From: Lama glama
Taxonomy: Eukaryota
Direction of reading: 5' to 3'
DNA: 64,000 nucleotides
Assembly (NCBI GenBank): GCA_028534125.1
Contig: CM052816.1
Coordinates: 40,736,001-40,800,000 of the forward strand
The position numbers and the translations under genes are program-made. The notes under the pieces are model-generated. The model saw only the letters and a list, made by a program, of their open reading frames with translations, was not told the origin of the DNA and made no database searches. Positions within the stretch are counted from its first letter, which is position 1; every line of letters starts with the position of its first letter. Shown piece by piece: positions 1 to 14,289 of this stretch.

Positions 1-1493
1 GATTATTTTTAGAAAACATAATTTGTACACTTTGTACAAAATGAAACATTGCAGCTGTGTGTTTACCAAACTATTGCTGGGGAAAATGTTATTATTGGCA
101 TACTAGTATAAAAATTAAATGAACAGGAAATTTTGATGCAAAGGTTAATTTTCAGTAATATACTTTATATAATTTTTAGCAGAACAGAGAGTTGCTTTAA
201 ATATGTTCTGTTCCACTTGTTTTCAATCTCAGTGGGTAGTAAAACAAAACAGTAATTTTGTTGAGGAAAACAGAAATCAACTGGATGTATTAACTATCCT
301 GGATGCTGTGAACTGAAAAACTTGCTTAAAATAATGTTTTCCACAATGCTATCTGGTTTGCAGGTTGACTTTTGCAGGTTGACTGTTCCTATACTTGGTC
401 ATTGAAAAGAAAACTTCAAGCTACATAGATGTACTGGAAGGGTAAATTCTATGTATTTAGGTATCGTATAGAAATCTCAAGATGGATATAAATGCAATTT
501 AAAGATGATTTGATTTTTTTTATGGACACCTAGGTAAGAGAAACAGATAAATCAATTTGTGTACCAGTTGTCATGGAAATCAGCAGATGAAAATAAACCA
601 TTTTGCTCATGAACTGATTTTTAGACCTGTTATCAGTTTTGATGATCTACTCTCGGTGTTTACAGGAAATGGGCTTTAAGTAGCACTTTTGTACATTTTT
701 AAGGTGTGAAGTGGCCATAGCAACAAGTATAATTACTATTCTTACATTCAATCAGAGATTGTCTTCGCATACGGCTATTTTGTGTATTTGATATTATTAA
801 GTATTTAAAATTGGAGAAAAACAATCTATTCTAAAGAAGTATAGGAAGGCAGACAAGATTGTTTTAGGTTATTAAACATGACATTTTAGTGTTCATACTC
901 ATTGAAAATTCTATATACGCTCAGAAAAAAAAGGCGAGTAGAGTCAGTGTCCTCCTCCAAAAGCAAATTTGCTTTTTTTCCCCCAGTATATTGAAGAATT
1001 GTATTCTGTTTACCAAGAGCTGATCACTCCCTTTAGTATGTCATTCAAATTTCGGTCCCTAGGTAGATTGAGCAATGAATTTCTTCAGCAATTCCCATGA
1101 CCATAACAGTCAGAAAAAAAATCATATAAAGTATCCAGAAGTTTCTACCAAAATGGTTGGTCTGGTATATCTAAAAAGAAGTATGGGTCTAGTAAGCCAC
1201 AGAATATAAATTTGTTTGAAAGGAAGAGGGCTTGTATCGTTCATACTGCAAATCTGATACAGAAAAACGCTGTCTAAGTAACACCGCATTGCAGGGAGAA
1301 AAGTGAGAAAGAAGCCAAGCACGAAGACATGGAAAATATATTAGAATTGCAGAGAATATCTTTTGATCATGAGGCAGGAGATGGTAGTTATATTTCAGAC
1401 ATAAATGAAATTATTTAAGAGCATTTGTTTCAAATGAATTAACAAACAGTAATTATATGATAAGAAGAGTAATGTGTCAGATGTAACAAATGG

Positions 1494-1625
1494 ATAGCTG
1501 GCATCTACTGAGCTGTAAGATGTACTGGGTACTAGGTTGAACCTTGCGTTAATTATCTCAGTCCTCACAGTGACTCTGAGTTAGGTGTTTATTCCTATTT
1601 TCCTCATAAGGATATGGAATCTGTA
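1494..1625 (-). mobile_element. MIR SINE fragment
   Basis: atagctggcatctactgagc...attatctcagtcctcacag...gttaggtgtttattcctatttt resembles the antisense MIR core; highly diverged. Confidence 0.55.
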
Positions 1626-1689
1626 CCACATTGTCATTGTGTCATAAATCGTGTGATTGCATGCACATGTGAATCCGTTATTGTACTTC

Positions 1690-1990
1690 CTATTTTTCTG
1701 TTAATCAATTTGTCTACCTTTATATCAATATTACACTGTCTCAGCTATTCTAGCTTCATCATCAGTCTTATAGTTGATGTGTAAATCTTACAAAGCTGCT
1801 TTCTTCTCCTCCTCCTCCTTCAAGAGTTTTATCTCAGTTTATTCTCAGTCCTTTAGAGTTGCATTCCATACAAATTTAGAACCAGCTTGTCAATTTGAAT
1901 AAAAAATCTTTCTAATGTTTTCATCTATTTTTCCATGAATTTAAAAATTATCATTGAGGAAAATTGATATCTTCATACATTTTCTTGCAA
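1690..1990 (-). mobile_element. Ancient L1 (L1M-type) ORF2 fragment
   Basis: caatattacactgtct...gcattccatacaaatttagaaccagcttgtcaattt matches antisense late L1 ORF2. Confidence 0.6.
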
Positions 1991-2047
1991 TTTGTAAACT
2001 TAATACATTTTTACTCTGATGGTAGTCATGATTAATTATTTTCTCTC

Positions 2048-2457
2048 TCTGGGTCCAGGTAGAAAAATAGAGAAAACTCACACCAATTATTATAATCAGC
2101 CAAGTTCAACATAGAGAATCATGTGGAATAGGACTGAAGAACCAAAAAGGCCAAAAAGGAACACAATGGTAGTAATATATGAAGGAGCAGCCTGCCAGGG
2201 GGCTAGAAAGGCAGTGGAACATATTACAGTTACTAGAATGTGGAAGCTCAGGAGATCCTCAAGGAGTAGCTATCCAGCTTTCTGAGGAAGGGATGCCAGC
2301 CAGCTGTCACTGAAGGGAACAAGATGAAATCAATTCTGTGATTATGTGAAAACACAAGAAACTGGCACCAAGGGGAAATGTGGTTTTCAGGGTCTCAGTT
2401 CCAATATACAGTATAGGATTGTAGCTGAGAAAAAAAATAGCTTAATAATCAGTGCAA
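2048..2457 (-). mobile_element. Ancient ERVL-class solo LTR (family uncertain)
   Basis: Starts tgggtccaggtagaaaaatagagaaaactcacacc, resembling the reverse-complemented end of old eutherian ERVL LTRs; purine-rich body; ends ...tgca. Confidence 0.4.
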
Positions 2458-5180
2458 TACTTAATTAAATTTTTCTGAAAACAAATAACAAAAATAGTGT
2501 TAATGGAAATGCTACCACACAAAATTATTGCTAATATTTCAGTAAATATTTCAAATATTAAGCTATACATATACAATCTTGCAAATTAAGTATAAACTTT
2601 AAACTTAACAAGGTCTTACAGTTATGAACCCAGCTTGATTTAGTGAACAGGATGCTGTGCATTTCTTCCCATGTTAATAATTTAAATGTGCATCATCATT
2701 TTAATGGTTGCCTAAGATTCTGTTGTATAAATGTACCCGAGTTTATTGATCTACTATCCTAATTATGATTTTTAGGCAAATTTCATTGTCTCAACATCAC
2801 ATGTTGTGAGTGATAGTATAATAAATATCTACGAGGACAGAAGCTGACGGTACATTTATCCACCCAGTATACATTTCTATTTGAAGAATAGCTATGGCAA
2901 CCAATATGCAAGTTTTACATGATGCACAATGTTAAGTTACCCTTCAGGAACTTTCGAACAAATTACATTTCCACAAATTCGGCTTCAAAACATCTATTTT
3001 TCCAATGTTAACCAAATATAGGTTTGTCAGTGTTAGTGATTTTTAAGAATATAATAATTGAAAAGATCATATATTTTAAAATTGCAGGTTACTGGTAAAA
3101 CTAAGTTTATTTTCACTTTTTTTTAATATGAAATTTGTTTTTTCATCAACTGTTCCCAGATTTGTGATGAACTCATTTTACGAATAGATTTTTAAGAACT
3201 TTTGGAGAATTAGTAATGTGTCGCTATGAATCTCTTTCCCAGTTTATTATTTGTTTCTAGAATTTGTTTATATCTTGTTTATAGTGTATCTTTAGAATTT
3301 CTTTGCCATGCCTATGATTTTTTTTATGGAATCACATCTATAAATCATTTTCTTTATTTTTTATTTGATTTTGACTTTTTTGTTATGTATTTTTCCAGTA
3401 GATTTTTGCCAATTTCCTTTGATTATATGATTTACAAAACATTACAGATTGCTTCCAAATGAGAGTTTAAACCAGCTGAAAAGCTATTATATTGATAATT
3501 TTTGTATTTGAACTCAAGACAAAATTATCTGTAACAGGAAGATAAGAAGAAATGATTGAAGAGGGAAATATTTAAGTATTTAGGGTAAATATAAAAAAAA
3601 TTTTCATCATCTTTTAAATTTTGAATGTGATAAACATTCTATAGGGAATAAAATGAAATTTTATAATAAAAATCATATGTATTACATCATTAGTATTATT
3701 TGATTTCTAATAGGGTATCATATTTTAAAAGTTCATTAATTTCCATGCAAATAGAAGTTAAATCTTTAAGGATAGCATAAATCTCTTAACATACAGTACT
3801 TCTGTGCACTTAATTAAGAAACTGTTTTACCATTGAGTGTAGGAAACCATTGAGGAGCTCAGATATTGCAAGAAGCAAGTGAGCATGCATCACTTCTTCA
3901 GAAAACAAAAATTTAAATATTTATATTTTACATAAATATAAAGCATATATATTATTTCCAAGTTAAAGGAATGAAAACATCCTAGTGTAAACTTAATAAA
4001 AATATAGTATTGTGAAAAATATTTTGTTAGTAGTTTGTTAAAATTATCCATTAAAAATAATGTAGTATTTGAAATATTTCTGCAAGGTTCTTTAAGGTAT
4101 ATGTATATAACCTATTTTTCAGAAGCTCAAAAAAATTATCAAATGGACATGCAGAGGAAATAGTACCTTTACATTAGTGTTTGAAGATACCTATGTATCA
4201 ATGTATAGGAATCAAAATAATCAGCCTTGGTGACCCATTATGAGAATGAGAATTTCCTTACTATACCTCCAACAAGTGTTAGTGAAGAAATGGCCTATAA
4301 ACATTTTATAAATGCTTGATTTTACAATAATCTTTTCTAGAAAAAGTAAAACATTAGTGTTAGAAAAGAAACAGTTTTAAGAAAAACGTAAGTAGTTTTA
4401 TGAAATTTACTTCTTACTTCCTCTTCCCTACATTTAAGCCTTTATAACCTAAATTTAGCATGATTTTACACTTTTTAAAAAGCACTTTTATCTTCCTGAA
4501 TGTCAATTTAATACAGGCAAATTTACACCTGGGGCTAAATGTTCTAGAAGAAAATTAATGTAGTTTGACATGCTTTTAAAAAGCAGCCTTTTTTTACCTC
4601 CCTAATGAGACCACTGACATTAGGAATGAATCTAAGTAACATGAAAAATTTTATGTTATGTTTAAAGAGAATTTAAATGCCTGTACATAAAGATACATTT
4701 TTATACTTTGTTGTTGATTGATTTGGAAAAGCAAATTTCTCAAGAAATTTAATTTGAATATTAATATACTAGGATCCAAATAATTATTTCCCCACTGCCC
4801 CAAGGAATTGGTGTAGCACAGACTAAGTGAAGGCCCTGGTTGTTATCACTAAGAATGGAGAAAATAATCAACTGCCATTATTAGTCCATGTTAACCTCAT
4901 GTTTTGTTTTTATTTTTATTATGAAATTATTAGCTATAAAATATACATAAGCAATGTAATACAAAAAACAAAGCAGCTTATATAAAATATATATGTGTAT
5001 ATAAGTATTTATCTGTACAAATATACATATTATACAGCACACAAAATGTATAAAATACAAATACAGTAAACAGTCTTCTCAGCACGGAGTATGTAACTCA
5101 ACAATTAATGGATTAGTTACCTTTAATTTGGTATTTTTTCCTGTCACTGCTGTTTATATTTGGACATGCTTAGGAAGTTC

Positions 5181-6032
5181 TTTTTTTTTTCAATTGAGAT
5201 GTAAGTGACATAACATTATATTAGTTCCAGGTGTATGACATAGTAAGTCAATATTTGTATATACTGCAAATAAATGATCACTCCAATAATCCTAGTTAGT
5301 ATCTGTCACCAAGCATAGTTAGATTTTTTTTATAATGAACACTTTTAAGATTTACTTTCTTAACAGCCTTTGTTACAGCCCTAAGACTTGCTTATTTTAA
5401 TACTGAAAGTTTGTACCTTTTGACTACCTTCACTTATTTGCCACTGAGTTCCCACCCCACCCCCACCCCCTGCCATCTCTGGCAACTAACAATTTGTGCT
5501 CTGTATATCTATGAGCTTATTTTTGTTTTTGTGGTTTTAGACTCTACATCTAAGTGAGATCATTAGTATTTGTCTTTCTCTCCCTGACTTTTTTCACTTA
5601 GCATAACGTCCTCAAGTTCCATCCATGCTGTCCCAAATGACAAAACATCCTTCTCTTCTATGGCTGAATAATATTCCATTTTATATGCATACCACATCTT
5701 CTTTATCGACTCATCCGTTAATGAACACTTAGTTACTTCCTTATCTTGGCTATTGTAAATAAAACTGCAGTGGACAAGAAGGTGCGTATAGCTTTTCAAG
5801 TTAGCATTTTCATTTTCTGGGTGAGTACCCAGAAGTGGAATTACTGGATCATACTGTAATTCTATTGTTAATTTTTGAAGAACCTCTATACTTTTTCTAC
5901 AGTGGCTGCACCAATTTAAATTCCCAGAAGTATTCAAGGATTCCCTTTTTTCCACATCCTGGGAAAAACATTTCTTTTTTTTTAGTAATAGCCATTCTAA
6001 CAAAAGTGAGGTGATAACTTAGTGTGGTTTTG
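5181..6032 (-). mobile_element. L1 3' end (older subfamily) with ORF2 C-terminal remnant
   Basis: Poly-T at 5181-5190; ORF 5563-6003 contains ELQYDPVIPLLG and KMWYAYKMEYYSAI (L1 ORF2 C-terminus). Confidence 0.9.
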
Positions 6033-7181
6033 TTTTGTTTTTGATTGAAGTGTAGTCAGTTTACATGATGTGTAAGTTTCTGGTGTACATAATGTTTCAG
6101 TCATACGTGTATCTGTTTTCATATTCTTTTTTATTATAGATTTCTACAAGATGTTGAATACAGCTCACTGTGCTATAGAGTATAAACTTCTTGTTTATCT
6201 ATTGTATATATAGTAGTTAGTCTTTGCAAATTTCAAACTCCCGATTTATCCCTTCCTACCCCCTTCCCCTGCCCAGTGACTATAAGTTTGTTTTCTGTCT
6301 GTGAGTCTGTTTGTTTTGTAAATAAGTTCATTTGTGTCTTTTTTTTTTTAGATTCCACATATAAATGATGTCATATGGTATTTTTCTTTCTCTTTCTGGC
6401 TTACTTCACTTAGAATGATGATCTCCAGGCCCATCCATGTTGCCTCAAATGGCAGTATTTTATTCTTTTTTATGGCTGAATAGTATTTCATTGTATATAG
6501 TATGTGTATACACACACACACACACACACGCATGTATACACATAACACATCTTCTTTATCTGTTCATCTGTCATTAGACATTTAGGCTGTTTCCATGTCT
6601 GGGCTGTTGTAAATAGTGCTGCTGTGAGCATTGGGGTGCACATGTCTTTTCGAATTACAGTTTTCAGATATATGCCCAGGAGTGGGACTGTTGGATCATA
6701 TGGTAGCTCTCTTTGTAGCTTTTTAAGGAACCTGCATATTGTCCTTCACAGTGGCTGCACCAATTTACATTCCCACCAACAGTGTAGGAGGGTTCCTTTT
6801 TATCCACATCCTCTCCAGCATTTATTATTTGTGGACTTTTGAATGATGGCCATTCTGACTGGTGTGAAGTGATAACCTCATTGTAGTTTTGATTTGCATT
6901 TCTTTGATAATTAGTGATACTGAGCATTTTTCATTTGCTTATTGGCCATTTGTGTGTCTTCATTGGCGAATTTCTTGTTTAGGTCTTCTGCCCATTTTTG
7001 GATTGGGTTGTTTGTTATTAAATTGTATGAGCTGTTTACTTATTCTGGAGATTAAGCTCTTGTCAGTCTCATCTTTGACAAATATTTTCTCCCATTCTGT
7101 AGGTTGTCTTTTTGTTTTGCTTATGGTTTCCTTTGCTTTGCAAAAGTTTGTATGTTTAATTAGGTCCCATTTGTTTATTTT
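6033..7181 (-). mobile_element. 5'-truncated younger L1 (cetartiodactyl/camelid-type 3' UTR)
   Basis: ORF remnants KINKWDLIKHTNFCKAKETI...RQPTEWEKIF and MKYYSAIKKNKILPF; typical 3' UTR; internal (CA)n near 6510-6529. Confidence 0.92.
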
Positions 7182-7440
7182 AATAATCACTTTAAATGTC
7201 AATTGACTACTCTAATTAAAAGACATAGGGCAGCTGGTTGGATAAAAAAACCCAAATCCATCTATTTGCTGCTTAGAAGAGACTCACTTCAGAGTGAAAA
7301 GCACACATAAACTGAAAGTGAGGGGGACAGAAAAAGATATTTCATGCAAACAGCAGTGATGAGAAAGCAGCAGTAACAATACTCATTTTAGACAAAATAG
7401 ACTTTAAAGTTATAACAAAAACAAAAGCATTCTATAATAA
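7182..7440 (+). mobile_element. L1 ORF2 endonuclease N-terminal fragment, opposite orientation to the adjacent L1
   Basis: ataatcactttaaatgtcaat encodes IITLNVN; downstream matches ICCL.ETHF, KIFHAN and ILILDKIDFK motifs. Confidence 0.85.
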
Positions 7441-8779
7441 TAATTATTAACTCTGTGTGAGAAATAAACCCTTCTGACTATGAATAACAGTAAGGCAAAC
7501 ATTGCAACAGTGAGAAAAACACCAGAGCATGAAGACCTCCAACTAGGCTGATACAGTCATCATTTAGCACACCTCAGAACGATGCCCTTCTATTTGTACA
7601 GAAAACATTTTTAGTGTGCATTATTCTCCAGAAGTATTTTACATAAGGGGATTCTGTTGATTTGTATATCATTGTCAAACATATGATTTATTTAATAGCA
7701 TATCACTGTGTATTTATCCTATTATTGGAGGAAAAAAACCTTACCAAAGATTAAGAGCAGTAGAAGTAGCAAAGAGAGAAAGAAACTAAGCAGTTAGGAA
7801 ATGAAATTCCTTATAAAACATACCTCTTTTGCATTGTTCATATAGTCCTTAAAATCACCTATGAACTTCCTGTTGAGTTTAATGTATCAAACCTGGACAA
7901 AAATACTAATTTTAACTCCAGGAAAAACAAAAGGTATTTGATTTCTTATGATAAAGAAAATGATTATTACGATAATTCTGAACATCTCTAAACTTTCTTA
8001 AATTTGTTACAGTATCAAATGTTATAAATACCCTACTCAGTACTGGTGAAAGATAATGAAAATCAGATATCTAATTTGCATGGGAGAGCTCGTTAGTCAA
8101 TATTAACAAAATTAGTATTCCTAAATAAAGGCCTAATGACATGTGCTAAGCACAGTAATAATAATGGAAAGATACTGCTCAATTTTTATGGAATTTGAGA
8201 ACAAAATTCCATCTGTAATTAATAATCTCATTTTATTCAATTGCACTAATCAAGCTACACTTTAATATGGCATAAATTTAATTATGCCACAAGCACCCCC
8301 TGAGGCCTCTGCAGATTGCCTACGAATATAAAATGGTGCTAAAAAGAATATAGGAAAAAAACAAGATATTTAAAAAATATTTCTGTTCTATTTTAATGGG
8401 GAAAACGTTTTTTTTACTGATGGCATTATGATATATTTATCTTTTCAATAAAATTGGGATTACTTTAAACAGATCTGTAGAGATTTGTCACTGGACACAT
8501 CTCCAAAGTCAAAGATATGCTAAAATTATGGAAATGCATTATACTCACAGTATTTAGGTTAGAAGAAAACTTACTTTATAATTAAAGCTAATCCATCAAC
8601 AGTTGCAGTCGAATTACCCCAATCATTTAAAAATTCAGCATTTTGCAGCTAAATGAATACCACAAATCTAAGGAAATATTTCTGTAATAGGATTTTCATC
8701 ATCATAAATGGATGACCCAACTTTTCATATTGAAAGATATATAGATGGTATTTAAACAATGGCATGGATGCGATTGCTT

Positions 8780-9110
8780 AGGAGAAACACTGTAAGAAAA
8801 GAAAGTCCAGGACAGATGGTGGGGACAGTCATTCATAGGTGGAGTAGAGGATGGAGACTTATGGGGACTGAATGGTAGCCGAAAAATAGGGTAGAGATAG
8901 AAGAAACCCTTCATCCCCATCCGTTGGTAGAATGATGTAGTTCAGTGTTGAGGGGTGGAGTAATATGGGAATAGTCAAATGGCCACTGTACATCTAACAA
9001 ATATAAGGATTGAGGGTGGTGGACCAGGGCACGACCAGGGAGAAGAAGGGAAAATATCAGACTGGATTGGCTTGAGGGGAAAGTAGGAGATAAAGAAGAT
9101 TCAGTTTTTG
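8780..9110 (-). mobile_element. L2 fragment (degraded)
   Basis: Purine-rich stretch with gaaagtccaggacag and aaatggccactg motifs typical of antisense L2. Confidence 0.4.
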
Positions 9111-9863
9111 AAAATAAACCATATGCTTTATGATAATCATCTTGGTTCTTTCCTGAACAAGTCAAAAATAATAGGAATTAATCACTGGGCAATGAAATGT
9201 CTGAGATATGAAGGACAAACTGTCATTAAGTTCTAACACTACCACTAGCCTTTGGTTGCGATGTTATTTCTAGAAAATAGGAATAGAAAAGTGTCACACT
9301 TGTATAACTCATTAGTTAAAATTATGAAATATGCAGTTTTCTTACCTTCCTCATTAATTCAAATCAATATAATAGGTAGAAAGTAAACTTGGTCTGATTT
9401 AATGTAAAATACAACGAATACTCTCCCAAGCGTTTCACATTTGTTTATTTTAACTTTTGCTAGCTCTGTGTGCTAAGATAGATTCCCCAGACCTCCTTTC
9501 CATGTGCTTAAACTGTGTGTCCTAATAGAGTCATAGGTAGAAGAATTTTTTTGTGTATCTCCAAAGAAGGTACTGGGAGAAAAGATGAGAAGGGTGAAGA
9601 TAAGAAACCAGCACAGGCTTTTATTGTTGCTCTTGTTTTACGGCAGTTGAGCTACACACATATATGAGATGCACTAAAACTGTAGATTTCTTCCTTCTCC
9701 AACAGAGTCTGGGCAAGTCCTTGAGGTAGTGAATCCTTGATTTACTGGAATAATAATGATAACAGTAAAAATAACCACTAGCTAAGCATTTTGCAAATAT
9801 TGTCTCACATAATCCTTACTCTAACAGAGTTTGACTTCATATTTCAATGTTTACTGCAAACAC

Positions 9864-11270
9864 TGTGGTAAATCTCGTGCCTCCCTCTTCTCTTCTGCCC
9901 CCTGTTTGGGCAGGTTGATACGAAAGCGAAGATGAGCCTTCTTCCTTAGGCACTTGTGGGAAGGTCAAGCCTCACGTGGGAACCTTCACTTCATCTCCAT
10001 CTTGAATAAAAGCCCCAAGCCAGTTTCCTTTCTCTGCTCTCTCATATTGTTCTTGGACCTGCTTGGGAGCTGCCGTGACTTGCACAGGAAGAATCATTGT
10101 ATGAGACATAAGTATTTTCATACTCTTTTGCTACGTATATACCATGATGAATCTCAATATCAAAACTAGCAAAGGAAACCATAAGTAAAACAAAAAGACA
10201 ACCTATGGAATGGGAAAAAATTTTTGCAAATGAAACCGACAAAGGCTTGATCTCCAGAATATATAAGCAGCTCATACGACTCAATAAGAAAAAAATAAAC
10301 AACCCAATCCAAAAATGGGCAGAAGACCTAAATGAGCAATTCTCCAAGGAAGACATACAAATGATCAAAAAGCACATGAAAAAAATGCTCAATATCACTT
10401 ATTATCAGAGAAATGCAAATCAAAACTACAATGAGGTATCACCTCACACCAGTCAGAATGGCCATCATTCAAAAATCCAAAAATGACAAATGCTGGAGAG
10501 GCTGTGGAGAAAAAGGAACCCTCCTTCACTTCTGGTGGGAATGCAGTTTGGTGCAGCCACTGTGGAAACTAGTATGGAGATTCCTCAAAAGACTAGGAAT
10601 AGACTTACCATACGACCCAGGAATCCCACTCCTGGCCATATATCCAGAAGGAACCCTACTTCAGGGTGACACCTGCACCCCAATGTTCATAGCAGCCTTA
10701 TTTACAATAGCCAAGACATGGAAACAGCCTAAATATCCATCAGCAGATAACTAGATAAAGAAGAGGTGGTATATTTATACAATGGAATACTACTCAGCCA
10801 TAAAAGCCAACAACATAACGCCATTTGCAGCAACATGGATGCTCCTCGAGAATGTCATTCTAAGTGAAATAAGCCAGAAAGAGAAAGAAAAATACCATAT
10901 GAGATCGCTCATATGTGGAATCTAAAAAAAAACAAACAAAGCATAAATACAAAACAGAAATAGACTCACAGACATAGAATATAAACTTGTGGTTGCCAAG
11001 GGGGCGGGGGGTGGGAAGAGATAGACTGGGATTTCAAAATTGTAGAATAGATAAACAAGATTATACTGTATAGCACAGGGAAATATATACAAGATCTTAT
11101 GGTAGCTCAGAGAAAAATGTAACAGTGAATATACACATGTTCATGTATAACTGAAAAATTGTGCTCTTCACTGAAATTTGACACAACATTGTAAAATGAT
11201 TATAAATCAATATCAAAACCAAATTTTGGGCACTTGGGGGGGGCTTTCCTGGATCTGCAGAGTGATTACA
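9864..11270 (+). mobile_element. ERVL-class solo LTR (MER54/MER74-like), interrupted by the L1 at 10167-11206
   Basis: Starts TG (tgtggt); the pre-insertion join reads ctcaatatcaaaac|caaattttggg...ctgcagagtgattaca, ending CA, resembling the MER54/74-group U5. Confidence 0.6.
10167..11206 (+). mobile_element. Young 5'-truncated L1 (camelid-type) with TSD and no poly(A) tail
   Basis: Near-intact ORF2 C-terminus ([19 protein letters not shown]...YDPGIPLL...[21 protein letters not shown]); direct repeat tcaatatcaaaac at 10154-10166 and 11207-11219. Confidence 0.95.
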
Positions 11271-12190
11271 GTGATTCAATAACTGGGCAAAATAAGTGAC
11301 TATTTCCACTTTACTGGACAGTAGACTGAAATATGGAGCAGTTAAATTACTTGCCTTTTAAGAATCTGAGCGGTACTGTTTGAATTAGGCTACAACTGCA
11401 GGTCTGCCAATTAATTGTAGATCTGATACTGAAATCTTATAATTTTATTCATGTAATTAATATAATCCATTCTTATCATAAAATGAACTTCAGCTTAGTT
11501 AATTCTGAATTAACCAAGCTAAAATCAATAAAGAGGCACCATCTTTATAAGAAAGCAGTATAAAAATCAGACTATGCCAAAAATTTTTTAAAAAGCAAAA
11601 AAAAAAACTCAGTAAAGTATAATTCTGAACTTAAGCAGGTCACTATTTTTGATAGCAATATAAATAAAACCAAAATTAAAGATTAATCATTTTTTCCCCA
11701 GAAATCTCAAATCTTACAAATTTTTAAAAATGCCATCTTATTCCATCAATAAAAACTGTAAAAAAATTATAACTCTACAAAAGGATGAAATAAATAGTTG
11801 TGGCAAAATATTCCCCCTAAAGGTTAAAAAAATATATTCTGCTGCAAAATGTATCTACTGCTACAACGGAAACTTTAAAGTTCTTAATCAGTTTCAAATA
11901 AAATAGAAAAGAATGTCATATATGCATTAAAAAAGAAAAGTAGAAATACATAGATAAAAAAACAACAAAACAAAAGTCTTGGTAAATAAGCAGAATTGAA
12001 AGTTCAAAGTCAAGAAAAAAAAGATAAATTATTGGCAGGCACCAGTGACATGGGCACATCTATGTCTGGTGTTAGATACATAATGAGAAGACTTTAGAGA
12101 TAAGAATCTAATGTGGTTCTAGATCGAAGGCATCACTTGAGAAGGGTAAAAACAAGGTTGGATCAAAGTAAGGATACAAAGAAAGGAGGA

Positions 12191-13848
12191 TTTTTTTTTT
12201 TTTTACTGAAATACATTTGACATGTAATGTGTAAATTTAAGCTGTACAATGTGTTAATTTGATACATTTACATATTATAATATGATTGCCTTTGTAGCAA
12301 TAATTAGCACCTCATTATATAATTATCATTTTTTACTGATTGAAATAATTAATTTCTAGTTTCTTAGCAAATTTGATGATTATAACACAGTGTTGTCTGT
12401 ATTTACCATACTGCATATTAGATCTTTAGGGCTTGTTTACTACTCTTTACAACTTTGTTCCCTTAAACTGCTTCTGTCCTATCCCCCATTCCCTGGTAAC
12501 CACTATTTTATCCTTTGTTTTTATGAACTGGCTTTTTTAGATTCCACTTACAATTATTACTGTCCCGTAGTTGTCCTTCTTTGTCTAATTTATCTCAGTC
12601 AGCATAATGTGCTCAAGTTCCATCCATGTTCTTGACAATGTATTTCTTTCTCATGGCTGAATAATATTCCATTATATGTAGATACTACATCTTTATCATT
12701 CATCCTTTGCTAGGCACTTAGATTGTTTCCCTATTAATGCTGCAATAAACATGGGAGTGTATACATCTCTCTCATATCCTGTTTTCATGTCTTATGAGTA
12801 TATACTAAGATGGGAATTGCTGGATCATATGGTAGTTCTGTTTTTAATTTTTTGAGGAATCTCCCTATTGTTTTCTGTAGTGGTGGAATTAATTGACATT
12901 CCCACCAGCAGTGTTTAAGGGTTGCCTTGTCTTCACATTCTCACCAACACTTGTTATCTCTTATCTTATTGTGATAGCCATTCTAACAGGTGTGAGGTAA
13001 TATCTCCTTGTGGTTTTGATTTGCATTTCCCTGATGATTGGTGATGTTGAGTATCTTTTTCTGAACCTGTTGGTATTTGACTATATTCTTTGGGAAAATG
13101 TCTATTAGTTCCTCTGTTTGTTTCTTTGTTAATGAGTTGTATGAGCTCTTTATGTATTTGGATATTAATCTTTTATTCAATATATGGTTCACTGAATTTT
13201 TCTCTCCTTCTGTAGGTTGCCTTTTTATGTTGTTAATTGTTTATTTTTCTGTACAGAAGCTTTTATTTTTCATGTAATCACATTTGTTGATTTTTGCTTT
13301 TGTTGTTTGGTGCCATATCCAAAAAATCATTGCCAAGAGCAGAGTCGAGTAGTTTCTTCTCTGTTTTCTACTTGGAGCCATGCTATTTAATTTTTGGTCT
13401 ATTTAATTTTTGGTCTGTTTCAAGTTAAGTTCTTGTTAAGTAGTGTAAAAGAGGGGTCCAGTTTCACTGTTTTGCATCCAGTTTTCTCAACATCATTTGT
13501 TGTAGAGACTGTCCTCTTCCTATTGGGTGTTCTTGGTTTCCTTGTCATGTATTAGTCAGCTGTATATGTGGGTGTTTGGTCAATGCTTCTATTCTGTTCC
13601 TTTGGTCTACGTGTCTCTTTTTATGAGAGAATTACGCTGTTTTTATTACTGTCATTTTATAATATGGTTTGAAATCAGAAAGTGTAATATGTCTGGTTTT
13701 GTTCTTCTTCCTCAGGAATGCTTTGGCTATTTGGGTCTTTTGTGCTTCCAAACTAATTTTGAGATTATTTTTTTCTGTTTCTGTGAGGAATGCCATTGGA
13801 GTTTTGATAGGGATTGTGTTACATCTATAGATGGCCTTGGGAATTTTT
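12191..13848 (-). mobile_element. 5'-truncated L1 (L1MA-like, older)
   Basis: Poly-T at 12191; 3' UTR; ORF 13632-13961 includes [21 protein letters not shown]...[11 protein letters not shown] (ORF2). Confidence 0.9.
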
Positions 13849-14289
13849 AATATAAATATTAAAAACTTAAATATATTTAAACCCAAGATTTTGTATTTAA
13901 GAATGATTTTAAAACTGAAGACTCTATGGTGCATCCCTGTGCTATTAGTCAGTTTCACCATGGAAAAGAAAGCATAGAATGGGAAAAGTGAAAGCTGTGC
14001 TCTCCAGCAGCAAGAAGTGAGGTGGCTGAGTGTAGAAGCAGACTAGGCAGACCTTGGAATTTACTAGCATGATCATAGGAACCTGGAGAGGAACGTAGAA
14101 GAGGTAATTCTTACCAGAGTTGAAAGGAAAATAGCATAGCAACTCATAATTACGTTAATACTAAGACTGGAAAGGAAATTCTCCCATAAGATTTGATAGT
14201 GGAAAATAAGAGAGCCAGTCCTTATGAATATTCATACACTGTATAAATTAAATTTCTCAGATGAGGAATGCAGGAAAGGAACTGATTTA

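Noticed and set aside
8268..8289. Small hairpin tggcataa...ttatgcca as a terminator or ncRNA
   Set aside because: Short AT-rich dyad expected by chance in 64 kb; intrinsic terminators are not relevant in mammalian DNA
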